This document shows positions 47,036-60,289 of a stretch of 64,000 bases of DNA, in pieces. The DNA lies in the NCBI GenBank assembly GCA_036785375.1, contig JAWMAR010002018.1:1-64000 (forward strand). Direction: 5' to 3'. The position numbers and the translations under genes are program-made. Positions within the stretch are counted from its first letter, which is position 1; each line of letters begins with the position of its first letter. Under the pieces are notes generated by a model. The model saw nothing but the letters and a program-made list of their open reading frames with translations, was not told the DNA's origin and did no database searches. The DNA comes from Leucoraja ocellata (Eukaryota).

Positions 47036-48318
47036 CTGTAAATATAAAAATGAAGAGTCCCAAATGGAAAGAACCAATTAAAGATAGCACACAAATTATG
47101 GCTGTTTGATCAATCATTCTACTAAAATGTCCTTGAGATTGAAACTGTGAAAAAGTTGGAGACTGAAAGAAGGTATCAATGGAATGGAAAGAAGGGCACA
47201 AATGTAGGATTGGGATCTGCAGAATCAATCTGCAGAAGTAAGATAATAGATTTGGGGATAGCAAACAATACGAGGAAAAAGACAATGTGGGATACTGAGA
47301 AATGTATCAGAAGAATTGTCAGATGGAGAGATTTGGATAGACGTGGTGTATTTGGTGCCAAACAAAATATTACATGAAGAAATTATATTGGAGTATGAGC
47401 AAAAAATAATAAATATTTTATCAGTTTTTATGAATGCAGAAAACTTACTGTGACTTTAGTAAATGAATAGCTCAAAAAAGACTAGCTTCAGTAAAACAAA
47501 ATTCAAATTGGTGGAGTTAATAACTCCCCAGGTTCTTCTACTCTGCCTCACATCATGACCTTTACACTTCTTTTTATTCTGTACTTTCTCTAAAGATATA
47601 AAATTATATTCTGAACAGTTAGTTTTCTCTTTTGCACTACTTATTGTTCTCATGTTTTGTATCAGCCTGGATAGCATACAGGAACAGAAAGGAGAAAGAG
47701 GGAAGTCAAAACCAATGAGTCTGACATCAGCAGTTGGAAAGCTGACATTTAAGAAACATTAAAATTAGGAGCATGAATCAGTCACTTGAACTCTCAGGCC
47801 CAATGCGCTATTTAAAAAGATCATTTATGATCATTTCCACCCGCCCATGGCAACGTTTCACCCACTTGCTTATTAAACATTTGTCTACCGTTTGGTAGGA
47901 CAAAATAGATGTGTTTTTTTGAAGGGTGGAAGACTGAAAGGTGTTGGTGTTTTGTACATGAATCACTGGAAGTGAAAATGCAGGTGCCTTGACGTTTACT
48001 GCAAGAGGATTAAATACTTAAGTGGGGCATTATATAGTGACCAGGTGAGATTACATGTGGAATATAGCGTACAGTTCTGGTCTACATATGCAGGGAGAAC
48101 CATGCTGAAACTCACTTGGTGTAAAAAAAATACTTCTCTCTATTTCTTCAACCAATTATGTAAATGTTTACCCCCTGTGTTTTGATCCTCTGTTAAGTGA
48201 AATGGGTTCTTCCTATCTACTACACCAGCTAAGTACCCATTCAATGCTTATGTATGGATTAAAAAATCCAGCCTTCAAGGTGCTCACAGAATATAAATAT
48301 TTTTAATCAGCATCTTAC

Positions 48319-48414
48319 TTTGGAAACTCCTCATCCTGCCACTCTTCTCGGAGTTCCATGTCCTCAATCTGTATCTCTGCAGAGTTTGGGGACTCCAACT
48401 GTTCCTTCTGCAGA
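48319..48414 (-). CDS. BNIPL: BNIPL exon (LQKEQLESPNSAEIQIEDMELREEWQDEEFP)
   Basis: MEL.EEWQDEEFP family motif. Acceptor CTTTTCCAG, donor AA|GTAAGA. 96 nt, phase 2-2. Confidence 0.93.
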
Positions 48415-49269
48415 CTGGAAAAGTAAAGGTTTGCTGTGAGACAGAAGTTTGCTAACCCATAGATCAATGGAAGGGAGAGGAGTATATCGGCACCTCAAGT
48501 TTGATCTCTTTTGGCTAGACTCCAAAATGACGAGTCACTAACAGGATTCTCACTGAGATTTGTTGTATGTTTGTACCTGCAATTTGCCACTATGTTGTCC
48601 CACCCCCTTGTTCCTATGAATTTTCACAATGTACTTCAAATAATTTCAAAGCTGTAACAACATAAAACAAACAGGAGTATTTTATTTAGTCACTTATGCC
48701 TGCTCCACCATTCAGCGAGATCATGCTTTTACCTCTGCCAGTTTCCTGCACTAACACCTTATCCCTGAATTCACTAGCTAATCAAATATCTACCAATCTC
48801 CCAACTTAAATTTACTCCACAGCTGAGCCGCCACAGCCCTGTCAGGTAGAAAATTCTGAACTTTTATCATGTTCTGGGTAAAGACATTTCTTCCCATCTT
48901 GGTCCAGAACAACCTATCCTCATTTTGAGACACTGACTACTGATTCTACATATCTGAGCCAGGAGAAAAAAACAACTTTGCATTTATTATGTTAAGCACT
49001 GTAAAAATGTTGTACATTTCATTAAAATTCATTTAAGCTCAAGCCATTGCTGATCTAATATGCTGAAACCAACCTCGTTTCAAATCCTCCATCCCAGACA
49101 TCATTGTAGTGAATCTTCACCAATCCCCTTCTATTGGAAGGTAGACCAGGCATATACAGTCTATTTTAGATACAGTCTCAACATAGCCATATACAATTGG
49201 AGCAAGAAATTTGTACTTCTGTGTTAAATAGTCATCGAGAGCATGGAATCAGGCTCTTTGGCCCATCAA

Positions 49270-49476
49270 ACACCCATTTACACAAAAAATATTTTATTCT
49301 TGCTACATTGTCATCAACTTTCTCTCTCAGCTGCACATCTTAGACATGTGGAGGGGGTGGGACTGGCCAGCACTCAGAGAAAACCCACGCAATCACAGAG
49401 AGCAAACTACACACAAACAGCAACGGACGTCAGGTTTAAATCCGAGTTTCTGGACGCTGTGTGGCAGTAGTTCTAC
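49270..49476 (-). mobile_element. Decayed tRNA-derived SINE
   Basis: CAGAGAAAACCCACGCAATCACAG...CAAACTACACACAAACAGCA...GCTGTGTGGCAGTAGTTCTACT. Confidence 0.6.
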
Positions 49477-49479
49477 TAG

Positions 49480-50380
49480 CCATGACTGTTTAGCGGACAT
49501 AGTACGAACTCCATCATCAAGTTCACCGACAACACCACTGTTGTTGGATGAATTACAGATGGTGATGAGTCAGAGTATAGGTGAGATCGATCGATTGACC
49601 AAATGGTGCCAGCACAACAACTGATCGACCAATTGACCAAATGGTGCCAACACAACTGCACAAAAACCAAGTAACTGATTGTGGACTTTGGAAGAGGAAG
49701 GATGAGGATGCAAAATCCTGTTTATATCAATGGGACGATGGTGGAGAGGGTCAAAAATGTCAAATTCCTGGGTGTGCATATTTGCAAAGATCTTTCCTGG
49801 ACCCAGCACACTGATGGAATTATAAAGAAGGCACATCTGCGCCTCTACTTCCTGAGAAGATTACGGAAATCGGTATGTCGAAGAGCATTCTCATCATGGC
49901 CTGGTTCGGCAACCTGAAAGTCCAGGAGCGGAAAAGACTGCAAAATGTTGTGACCACTGCCCAGTCCATCACCGGCTCTGACCTCCCCACCATCGATGGC
50001 ATCTATCAAAGTCACTGCCTCAAAAAGGCAGCCAACAACATCAAAGACCCACACCATTCTGGCCACACACTCATTTCACCATTGCCATTGGGATGAAGGT
50101 ACAGGAGCCCAAAAACTAATGTCCCGGTTCAGGAACAGCTTCCCTACACCCATCAGGCTATTAAACACTACAACCTCATATAATCTCTGACCTACAACAA
50201 TTATTATTATTATTGCACTATATTTGTTTATTTATTGAGTATTTGTGCATGTGTATATATACACACTCACTGAACTTTTTTTCTCCTGTTATGTACTATA
50301 TTTACATATTCTGTTGTGCTGCAACAAGTAAGAATTTCATTGTCCGATCTGGGACATACAACAATAAAACACTCTTGACT
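49480..50380 (+). mobile_element. Decayed Rex/Babar LINE 3' fragment
   Basis: HDC...NSIIKFTDNTTVVG, VERVKNVKFLGVHI..DLSWTQH and IKDPHHSGHTLISPLP across frameshifts. AATAAA tail. Internal about 34-bp tandem duplication at about 49588-49657. Confidence 0.85.
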
Positions 50381-50804
50381 ATGCCACTGTGCCACCCAAC
50401 CTACCAGACCTGTTTTGGACTCCACAAGAGAAATAGTTTCATTTTATGAGCATCTGTCACTAAAATCATATCAGGTGCCTGAAACGATTTGCACCATGAA
50501 AGGCCTAGTCCGACTTCCTGATTGTCAGGAAACAACCAGGAAATGATTCTAATAATGTTTTACTCAGGTCGTTTTCCAGTTGCATCATGCTGGAGGGGAG
50601 ATGGATGAAAATCACTCATGAATGAAGTTCTAGACAGTAAAATGGTCAGAGTCAAATTGAGCAAGAAGATACCATTGTTATGTAGGCAAATGCAGCATTC
50701 AATACTGAGCAAGATAGATGACTGGATAATCTGTTTAATTGATTCTGATTGTGCGATGATTTTGGTCAAGTCTCTGGAGAAAACTCTCTTGAAGGAGCAG
50801 AGAG

Positions 50805-51410
50805 TCATACAGCACAGTAGCAGGCTCTTGGCTCAACTTGTCCCTGACAACCTGGATACTCCATCTACGCTAGTCCCAGTTACCCACGTTTGGCCATATC
50901 CCTCTAAACCTTTCCTTTCCATGTACCATCCAAATGTCTTTTAAATGTTCTTATAATACATGCCTCAATTACCTCCTCTGTCAGCTCGTTCCATTTACCT
51001 ATCACTCTCTGTGTGGAAAATAAAATCCTCTCAGGTTCCTATTTAATTTTCTCCCTCTCACCTTAAACCCATGTTCTTTGCTTCTTGATTCCCTTACTCT
51101 GGGTAAAAGACAGCATTCACCCTATATATTCCCCGCATTATTTTATACACCTCTATAAGACCACCCCTCAGTCTCCAGCATTTCAAGGAAAGATTGTTGA
51201 CACACTAGAGGCAGGAAACATGTTCCGATGTTAGAAGAGTCCAGAACCAGGGGCCACAGTTTAAGAATAAGGAGTACCCATTTAGAACAGAGCCAAGGAA
51301 ACACTTTTACTCACTGAGAGTGGTGAGTCTGTGGAATTCTCTGCCTCAGAGGGCGGTGGAGGCAGGTTCTCTGGATGCTTTCAAGAGAGAGCTAGATTGG
51401 GTTCTTAAAA
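50805..51410. mobile_element. Two CR1 3' fragments in opposite orientation (- 50805-51190; + 51200-51410)
   Basis: CCATATCCCTCTAAACC... on the minus strand. RVVSLWNSLPQRAVEAGSLDAFKRELD on the plus strand. Confidence 0.8.
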
Positions 51411-52085
51411 ATCGGACCACCGTCCTGTATGGGTATGGCTGCCCAGCCTGCAGCAGTCCGTTTTTTCATCTCTTTTTAAAATTTTTAGTTGAGTTTTTAT
51501 TTTTCGGAGTTCTAGTCTTTTTTATGTGGGGGTGGGGGTGGGGAGAAGGGGAAAACTGCTTCTCAGGGTCCCTACCTGGTTGGAGAGGCGGCTTTTCTCC
51601 GGGCTTCTACTAACCTCACCACAATAACCTCACTACAAGAACATTTCAACAAACAGATTGCATTGCATAAACATGTGTAAACCTGCACTAGACATCAGCA
51701 TAAAACAATGTCCTTTTTAACATTTGCAACTTGATTGATTATAGCACCAGTATCTGGAGCCTGAAATTACTATTGGAGACACAAGTTTAATTTCCATCAA
51801 ATGGGGAATTTAGAGCCAAGTGATTGCATAAATATAAGAAAAGGTAAGTATCAGTAATGGTGGTCATTAACCTATCATAAAATCCAGCTGGTTCCCTAAT
51901 GTCCTTTACGGGAGGATATTCCACCACAAGCCCAACACTGACACCCAACACCTAATACTCTAACGAGCCATTGCACATTGCAGTATTAAACTGAAGTTCA
52001 TAGCATTTTACATTTATGTTACAAACAAAGGCTTGCATTTATATAGCACCTCAGAACAGCAAGATCATTGAAGTACTTTTGAAGT

Positions 52086-52204
52086 TTGAAGAAGGGTCAA
52101 AACTTCAAACCTTCTCTCCAAAGATGCCGTCTGTCCCACTGAGGTAGTCCAGCATTTTGTGTCTATCTTTGGTTTAAACCAGCACCTGCAGTTAATTCCT
52201 ACAC
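52086..52204 (+). mobile_element. Short Penelope-terminus insert with a perfect 15-bp TSD
   Basis: AAGTACTTTTGAAGT at 52071-52085 and 52205-52219. The insert starts at TGAAGAAGGGTC and ends at ...GCAGTTAATTCCTACAC. Confidence 0.85.
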
Positions 52205-52631
52205 AAGTACTTTTGAAGTGAAGTAATCATGGTATTACATGGAATGCAGTAGCCAATTTACACACAAAATTTTCCCTCAAGCATGAATGTAATTATGAGA
52301 AGGTCATCTGTTTTTAAGTGCTATTAATTGGAAGATTAACAAGCCAAGTTCTTTCAGGCCCAATAACTTCATTTGAGTTTACCATGCAAGGAAGTGCATC
52401 AAAGAATGCAGTACTCTCTCATTATAGAGTTGAGTATGGACTGGGATTACATACTCGAGTGTCTGGAGTGGAACTTGACCATACAAAATGTTGCCCGACA
52501 TGTGAAAACTACATGACTGAATTAAAGATTCAAAATTGTCCTTAGAAATGTTAACTACAAACAGTTCACTATCCATATATAGACTGGAAGAGAGTCAAAC
52601 ACAAGATTTTGTTTCTGAAGTGATTCATTAC

Positions 52632-52750
52632 TGTGGTATGGATTTTCTGCAGAAGACAGGGATGTCTCTTGTTCTCTGCAGGACATGTTTTTGCACGTTA
52701 CTATTCATCAATATGCTCTTGCAGAGGTTGCTCAGGATCTCAGGGAATGT
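52632..52750 (-). other. Possible alternative BNIPL 5' exon
   Basis: Acceptor TTCATTGTAG and weak donor CA|GTAATG. ATG 52708 gives MNSNVQKHVLQRTRDIPVFCRKSIP(H), in phase 2 with the 48414 exon. Confidence 0.3.
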
Positions 52751-55700
52751 CTACAATGAAACACGCACTAGACCTGTCCTAACAACACAAACCGTGAACT
52801 CCAGGAGTAGGAAGAGAAGGGAAACTATCTGAAGGATGAAATGTTAAATAAAAGAGTGAAATGACATGCAAAACGCAACAAGCAACGATTGCATTCGGCT
52901 TTTATTTTTTGAACGTCACTATGAAATGTAATTTGATGCCTAACTTACTACACCCCGATGGCTCCACCAAAAAAAAACAAACCGGTCTGTCAAAAGTACA
53001 GAAGTTGTCATACATCCAAACACAACTCATGTAATTTTATATTGTACTTACCGGGTTTAACTTCGATTACCTTCTTGTGTAATCAGTAGGCTTAATGGAG
53101 CACAAAATGCTTACTATCTCGTCATGAACATAAAGGCAGCCTCACGATATGCTACAGAATAGACCACAGACTGTTTACATCATCGCATTTCACCTGGGCC
53201 CTATGAATGTACTCAGTCACACCCATCAACCTCAGTTACCTGGCAACCTAATACGCAATCCTCCTTTATCTGCCGCTGATGACACAGAATGAAAGGCAAA
53301 AGAAGCAACTACTCTTTCTCTGGCATCAACACCAATACAATTTTCACAGGGAGAATAAAGAGAAACTCTTTTCTTTGATGAAGGGACAGTGGGGTTGAAA
53401 AGAAAAAGGGGCAAAAACCTAAAATTAGACATTTCAGGAATGACATTTCCTCACACAAAGCATATTGGAAAGTATGCAAGTCTCGACAGCCCAAAAAGCA
53501 ATCAAGGCTGTAATTGTAAATTTCAATAAAGAAAAACAATAATTATTAAAACCACAAAATTCCTGAAACAATGTGGGTAGAGGGAATTCAGATATAGTTC
53601 AATCATAATATCATGGTGATCTTGTTGACTTTCTGAACAAGTTTCAAAAATTTCATACCTTAATCTTGTGTGAATGTAGCCTTTAGCTGCCCTGCGCAAC
53701 GTCTTGTAGCTATTACCCTTTGTCTTATTTTATAGCTGCCTGATGGTGTCATCCATGTAACAAAAGAACAAGCTGGTCCCAATCCTGGCCTTCAAACAAG
53801 AGGCAGAGAAGTTTTAATAGTGAAGAGGAACTTCAATTTTGCTGAGAGGTTAGAGATCATGTGATTCATGATTTTACAGTATAAAACATTAAAGAGAGGT
53901 TGAATAGAGATCAATATTTTTAATCTAACACTAATAACTAATGTCTTATTTTTTGTACAGTCCTTTTCCTCTCACTGTCTTGCAGAATTTATGTGTAACT
54001 TATACAAGATAAGGAAGGAGGAGGGAGGATGTTGATGTAAGGAAATGAAAGGGATCAAAATAAACCAAAATTGAATATTATAACGGAGAATAAACCTATA
54101 AGAAAGTCCAAGAAGAACATGATGGGAACAACAGGAATGCAAGAGCAATCCTCAAATGGTTAAATGGGAAGGCCTATTCCATAAAACAAACGCCGGTCTG
54201 GAAACTTAAAATAGAATTGTTTCTCTCAATTGCAGATTGTAAACAAGGCTGCCTCCTGTACTTTGCTCAGTTCCATACAGGGAGCTTGTCTGCTCTTTAA
54301 CTATTTGAAGACTGTGGGGATCTATGTTACGTTCTGATGTGAAACTTTCCGTAAGCATCTACCATAAACACATAAGGCTATGCATTCTAAATTTGCAAGA
54401 CAAATGATTCATCATTGATGCAAATTCATTTATCTTTCTATTTCGCTCCCACTTGGACATTTTGCACATGTGAATACCTATCTTAATATTTCGCAATACT
54501 TCTTCAGAATTTTCTTCTTCCTTGGCAATCCCTTGAGCCGAGGGTGACTTCTTCCACTCATTTAGTGGGGTTGGGGTAGTTAATGAGGACAACTAGTGGA
54601 TAGTTGTAGAGGTGGTGTTCTCTTTCTACTGTTAATGCAAAGCTGTAGTGTGCTCTTGATACATGGCCTCAAGGTTCTTAATATCATTCGAAATGCTCCT
54701 CCATTTTCCATCGTAAGTACCAGAGGTTTCCAGAAATCAGTGATGTTGCATTAGTTCAAGGAGGATTTGAGCACCTACTTGAACCCTTTCTTCCGTCACC
54801 TTCTTCTCACGACAGAGCTCTGTTCTGGGAGGTTGGAGTGAGACATAATAATAACATTCCTTCCAAATGTTTCCGACTTGTTTTAATTAGGACCTCAGTG
54901 ATGGCTGGCAACATTGGCCTGGGACAAGACATTGACATTGGTTCACTTATCCTTTCATGATTATGCATGGAGAACAATACCTCAAAGGCTGATGCACAGC
55001 ACCCGTTTCCCCATCTTCATCATCATGGCACGATTGGCAAGTGTTCAGACATGATGCAAATTAAAATATCTCCTCTCCACACTCACTTGCCATCCCACTC
55101 AGTCACGCACAATGGAATCCCATTTGGAATTTGGAGTTATATTAAAATGGTCAGGTCATTTTTAGCCAAGACTTACTGATTCACACAACCAATAGGACAG
55201 GAAATTTAAATAAGACAAGGCATGACTCATTGGCACTCACTTTTTAACTTGCCAAGAGATTTGTTCAGTGATATAAAAGCAACAGAAACCACTGTACTCC
55301 AAAACAAGGACATTCCCCTCCTCAATGTTCCAAGAAATTGTGGTTCCCATTTGACTCCTGAGCATAATGTTTAAGTTTGCTTTTTTTAGTTTTTAGATAT
55401 ACCGCATGGAAACTAGATATGTAATCTGAAGGCTGAAGTATGAATTGGATACATGGTAGCTGGTGAATTTAAATTCAATTCAGTTCATTCAACTATTTGT
55501 AATTAAAAGGCTAGCAATCGTGAAACTACCACCTGCCGTTTTCATCCATCCTTTCAATGAATAGCAGTAGGCGTTGGTAATTTGGCTCATCAAAACTGAC
55601 CGCCATTCAACGAGATTGTGTTTGATCTGATGCTGGACTCTGCTTCAGCTTCCTCCTGTTTGTTCCCCAAAGCGCACAATTCCCAACTAAACCAATGACC

Positions 55701-56359
55701 TATCCCAGCCTTTAATACATCTGTCTGGGATAGAGAATTTGAAAGATTCATGATCCCCAGAGCAGAAATTCCACCTTGTATTAAAAAGGCAATCCTTTAT
55801 TTTAAAGCTATGCCCCATGACCTAGATTTCCAGATGAATTTCTACTCTATCAGAACCTTGCGTCTCCAAAGATTGCCTTTCATCCTTTTAAATGTAATGA
55901 TATATCCTACCTGCTCCATCTTTCTGGATGTACATGCTCCTAAGTTTTTATAGCTGCTTTATATATTTTCTGTTGATGACGTCTTCTACAGCAGTGTTTC
56001 CGTTATGTCTTTCTTTCTCCTCAACTCAGGCTTCCCTCCTCCGTAGTTGGCAACACTCTCAACGACTACATTTTCCATAACTCTGCTCTCATCCTCTGTA
56101 TTCCTATCCAGAGAATGAATACGTCCCTTTTCATCTTACATCCCACCAGCTTCCAGATTCAATGGATCAATATATATCATTTCTGCTGCATTTGGAGTAA
56201 AATCTTCCTCGCACTCCCCTTTCTGAAAAGTCAGTTCACTTCTTGACATCTTGATTTACTCTTCCATCTCCCTCAGCATCTTCCTTTCAGATAATTCAGG
56301 GACCCAAGCCATGTTTGAAACATTTTCTAGAGTTTTTAAGAGATGTAATAACTAGATTA

Positions 56360-56880
56360 AATGGTGCATCCAGTATTGGTCACCAGACTACAGAGAGGAT
56401 GTGGTGGTAGAGAATGAAGACAAGATTCACCAGGAATGGAGGACCAGTCAGATTTTATAAGCTGGGTTTATTCTCATTGGAATTTGGGAGGATGACAGGT
56501 GATCTTATAGGTCCATAAAATGGGGGCATTGTTTTCCCAATGCAGGGAGTCTAGAAATACAGCACACAAGATTAAAGGGGTTTAAGGTATGTGGGAAGAA
56601 ATCTAAAGGAGATCTGAGGGGCGTTGAATATCTGGAATGAGCTGTCAGAGGAGGTAATGGAGGCAGAAACAATTATAGGTCACCCATTCCTTCTCTCCAG
56701 AGATGCTGCTTGTCCCGCTGAGTTTCTCCAGCTTTTTGTGTCTATCTTTGGTTTAAATCAGCATTTGCAGTTCCTTCCAATACAATGTTTAAAAGGTGTT
56801 TTGACAAGTACTTGTATAGGAAAGTGATAGAGAGATTCAGGCCTAAAGCAGACAGAGATTAGCATAGGTCAGCATCACGA
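56360..56880 (+). mobile_element. Decayed CR1 3' fragment with a nested Penelope-terminus piece (56659-56780)
   Basis: ACAAGATTCACCAGG..., ATCTGGAATGAGCTGTCAGAGGAGGTAATGGAGGCAG. Nested GTCACCCATTCCTTCTCTCCAGAGATGCTGC...GCAGTTCCTTCC. Confidence 0.7.
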
Positions 56881-57059
56881 TCAGCTCCTGTCCTAGCACT
56901 TCTTTATACCCTCTACTCTTTCAGTCTATACCTCCATTTCCCTCCACAGCTGCCTGACTCACTGAGTTCCCCCAGCTGCTCTCCTTTTGCTACAGATTCC
57001 AACATCTGCAATCTCTTGTGTCTCCATTGTACATCGTATTGGTTCACTCATTATTTGCT

Positions 57060-57332
57060 GCCGACCAAGTCTGGCCTGAGTCTGTGTCGACCAGCGATCA
57101 CCCTTGTACAGTAGCACTATCCTGCACATGCTAGGGACCATTCTTTTTTAACGAAAGCCAATTAACCTCCAAACCTGTACGTCTTTGGAATGTAGGAGGA
57201 AACTGATCCAGAGAAAACACTCGCAGTTATAGGGAGTACATAAAAACTCTGTACACACAGCACCCGTAATCAGGATCAAACCCAGGTCTCTGGTGCTGCA
57301 AGGCAGCAACTCTACTGTTGCGCCACTGTGCT
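57060..57332 (-). mobile_element. Near full-length tRNA-derived SINE (HE1/V-SINE type)
   Basis: The minus strand starts GCACAGTGGCGCAACAGTAGAG (A box) ... GGGTTTGATCCTG (B box), followed by the shared body. Confidence 0.82.
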
Positions 57333-58239
57333 GTGATTAGTCTAGGTGTCTGAATTATTAGTCTGGTAATTTATCCACTTTGGCAGCACCATACCCCAAC
57401 TGATAAAACAATGAATTAGAGAAGTTCATGGAATGTTGGCCTTTATTCTGTGGGATAAAAATAGGAACTTTGTTGATGGGAACACACACTTGGAGAACTA
57501 TACATGGTTTTGGTCTCAGTGTTTGAGGAAGGGTGTGCTTGCAACAGAGGCAATGCAGAAAAAATGTTTGCTAACTTGAATCTTGGGATGAAAGGTTTAA
57601 TAAGAAGGTTAAGCCACCATGCAGAGGATTGCAGAAGAATGAGAGGTGATTGTTCTAAAACATGCACAATTCCAATGAGTATTGCCAGAGTGGATGCTGA
57701 GAGAACATGGTGGGGAGCATCAAGCATTGGGGTCAGTTTCATATTTTGAGACCACCTCTTTAAAATTATGCTTTTCTCTAAATGGGTAATGAATCTCAGA
57801 AATTGCCTACCCCAAGAGGGAGCAGCGGAAATAACATTATTGAACACATTCAAGGCAGAGGTTGAGACATTGAAACTACAAAGGGAGTCAGAGGTTGGAA
57901 AAGTATTGTTGTGGGTCAGATTAGACAAGCTTGGATCTTCCAAAAGGTGGATCACGTTATGTGTGTGGAAGCAGGAGAACGGTCAATTGGCCTGGTCCTG
58001 TTCCTCTTATGTTCACTGCATCCAGGTAAAATAGCGATTCGAGTTTAGAATCCCCACCTTTTTCTCGTTTAGTGTGGGGTTTGAGTGTTCACAGACGTGG
58101 TCTCTACATTGGAGAATATGTGCAAATCCTTAAAAGCATCAGCGATTTTTACGTGAAATTAATTTCAGTGATTCATATAAAAATGGGCGTAAGGTTGCAA
58201 CTTAAGTTAAGTGATTATTGTAAGGAAGTTTACTGCGTG

Positions 58240-59330
58240 TATATTGGTTGGCATGATTTCCTGCGTCGCACAATGACGACTCAAGATAACTATTATATGA
58301 AAAGCGTTGAGGGATCCAAGCGCCATAGAATGCAAAACAAACAAAGTTCAAGGCAAGGGAAGTCAGCGGGCCAAGCAGTATGAGTGGAGGGAAATGGACA
58401 GAACACGTTTCGGATTGGACCCTTCTTCAGTCCGAAACGTCGTCTGAACAATTTCCTTTCACAGATGTTGCATGACCTGTTGAGTCCCTCCAGCACTTTG
58501 TTCAAGATTCCAGCATTTAAACGTCTTAACGTCGTCAGAGAAATACAAACGTTTTTCTCTCGACTACACATGGAAAGCTGTTGTCGCCGAGGCAAATGAC
58601 AGGTTACGTTCTCAGAGGCGAGGATGAAAACACTACTCAAACAGGCCATGGCCTTTCCAGAAACAGGGAGGCCCAGGAGCTACTCACTCCACGGAAACAA
58701 ACATTGTTAAAAAAAACGGTCACCAACTATGTACAAAACAGTTATAAAATCTAAACATCAAACGGACCTTTAACAAAAATAATTTAAAGGCATGGAACAT
58801 ATTTAATAATTAGTACCTGGTCGAGTTGTCAGGCCAATAAAACGTTGGAGGGGAGGGGGGAGTGTTGACACACTCCTCCTGCCACCTGACGTGTCAATTT
58901 TAGCTCGAATTCCCTCGAAACTTGCTCATTTAAGCGGAGGAAAAAAACACCTTCCTTCGCACTCACCTCCCATTCTGTTCCGCTGTGTCTCCTTTCCCTT
59001 TATGTCGCTTGTCCTGTTTCTCTTCAGCGTTATTTACCACTAGCGGCGAATTCATGACATTTGTTACTAACTTATTTTGAAACAAACTTTGGATCGTTCG
59101 TGCTCCGGGCTCGCCTGTTTCTCTGATTGCCTTATTTTTGCCAGCCCTGTTTCTCTTCCCCCCCACCCCACCTCTCCTCTTCCTCTTCCCCTTGCCCTCC
59201 CCCAGTGACGAAGGATCAGAATGAGAAACCACATTGTCAGCAGACACCCTTTTTACTCCGTCACTTCATTGAACAACGCGTTCAAAACATCGCTGACTGG
59301 GTCCTAGCGCCGTCGAGTTTGATCTGGACA
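58240..59330. promoter_or_regulatory. CpG-enriched promoter/first-exon region of BNIPL
   Basis: Local CpG enrichment, a C-rich tract at 59155-59203, and a first coding exon with a consensus donor. Confidence 0.6.
58967..59055 (-). CDS. BNIPL: BNIPL first coding exon (MNSPLVVNNAEEKQDKRHKGKGDTAEQNG(S))
   Basis: ATG in GTCATGA context and consensus donor GAG|GTGAGT. 89 nt ending in phase 2, as the 48414 exon requires. The ten exons total 1110 nt = 369 aa. Confidence 0.72.
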
Positions 59331-60289
59331 GGAGGAGCCTGTCTGTAAATATTAATATATTCCCAGGACATCCCTATCTAAATTTCGATCAGTGTCATTT
59401 GGAGGGAAATGAAGAATTTTGGCATTAACGTGAAATTAATTATTTCAGTTATTCATATAAAAACGGGCGTAAGGTTGTAAGTTAATATTACGTTTGTCAA
59501 CGCATTCGAATGCTGTTTAAAAGCAGGTATCATCGTTTATTTTTCTCTTCTGCTGCCGTTTTCATGCCTTTATACCAATCATAACTTCATTGCACTGACC
59601 AGTTCTCATGCGTAGATTAGCAAGGTCCAGACCCGAAACATTGTCTTTTCATTCCCCTACCCAAACGCTGCCTGGCATGTTGTTCCAGTTTATTTCGCTA
59701 TGGTTTGGCTGTTGTAGGCAAAGATCTTTGGTTATAGGTGTCGCGGCTGTGTCTGTTTCCTCGCGACAATCACACGTTTACTAGCTTTGTAATAAGGAGG
59801 GGCAGGGACTCTGGTTCTCCATTCAATAAACCAGAGAATTACCACCACAGATAGCAGTTCACATTCTGTTGTGTTGTCAGCACACTCCTACCAGTAGCCA
59901 AGTAAATGTGGAGGATACAAGCTGTTCTTTGTATAACCGTGATATAATCGCAGAATTGGCAGCGCAGGAAGTTAGCCACCCAAGCAACTCTGCCCTGTCG
60001 ACCTCGCAGGAGCAGTCTAATTAGTCCATCGCTGCTCATTCCACCCAAAGTTGCAACTTTTCCATTTGAAATAAATGTTTCTATTGACTGGTTCCCCCGT
60101 AATACAGCCTTTACAGTCCATATTATAACGTAACTGTGTTAAAAAGCACATTTTTCTTCTAGTGGTCCTTTGTCAAATATCTTAGGTCTTATCCTCCGGT
60201 CACTAACCCCTCTGCCCCTGAGGAAACAGATCCCCATATACACCATCAATAATGTTCATGCTTCCTTTGTCTTTTACTTTAATATTAAA

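Noticed and set aside
59055-59247. Extension of BNIPL exon 1 to the 94-aa ORF start in the track
   Set aside because: The track start lies across a C/T-rich promoter-like tract. The ATG at 59055 has a good Kozak context and gives a family-typical protein length.
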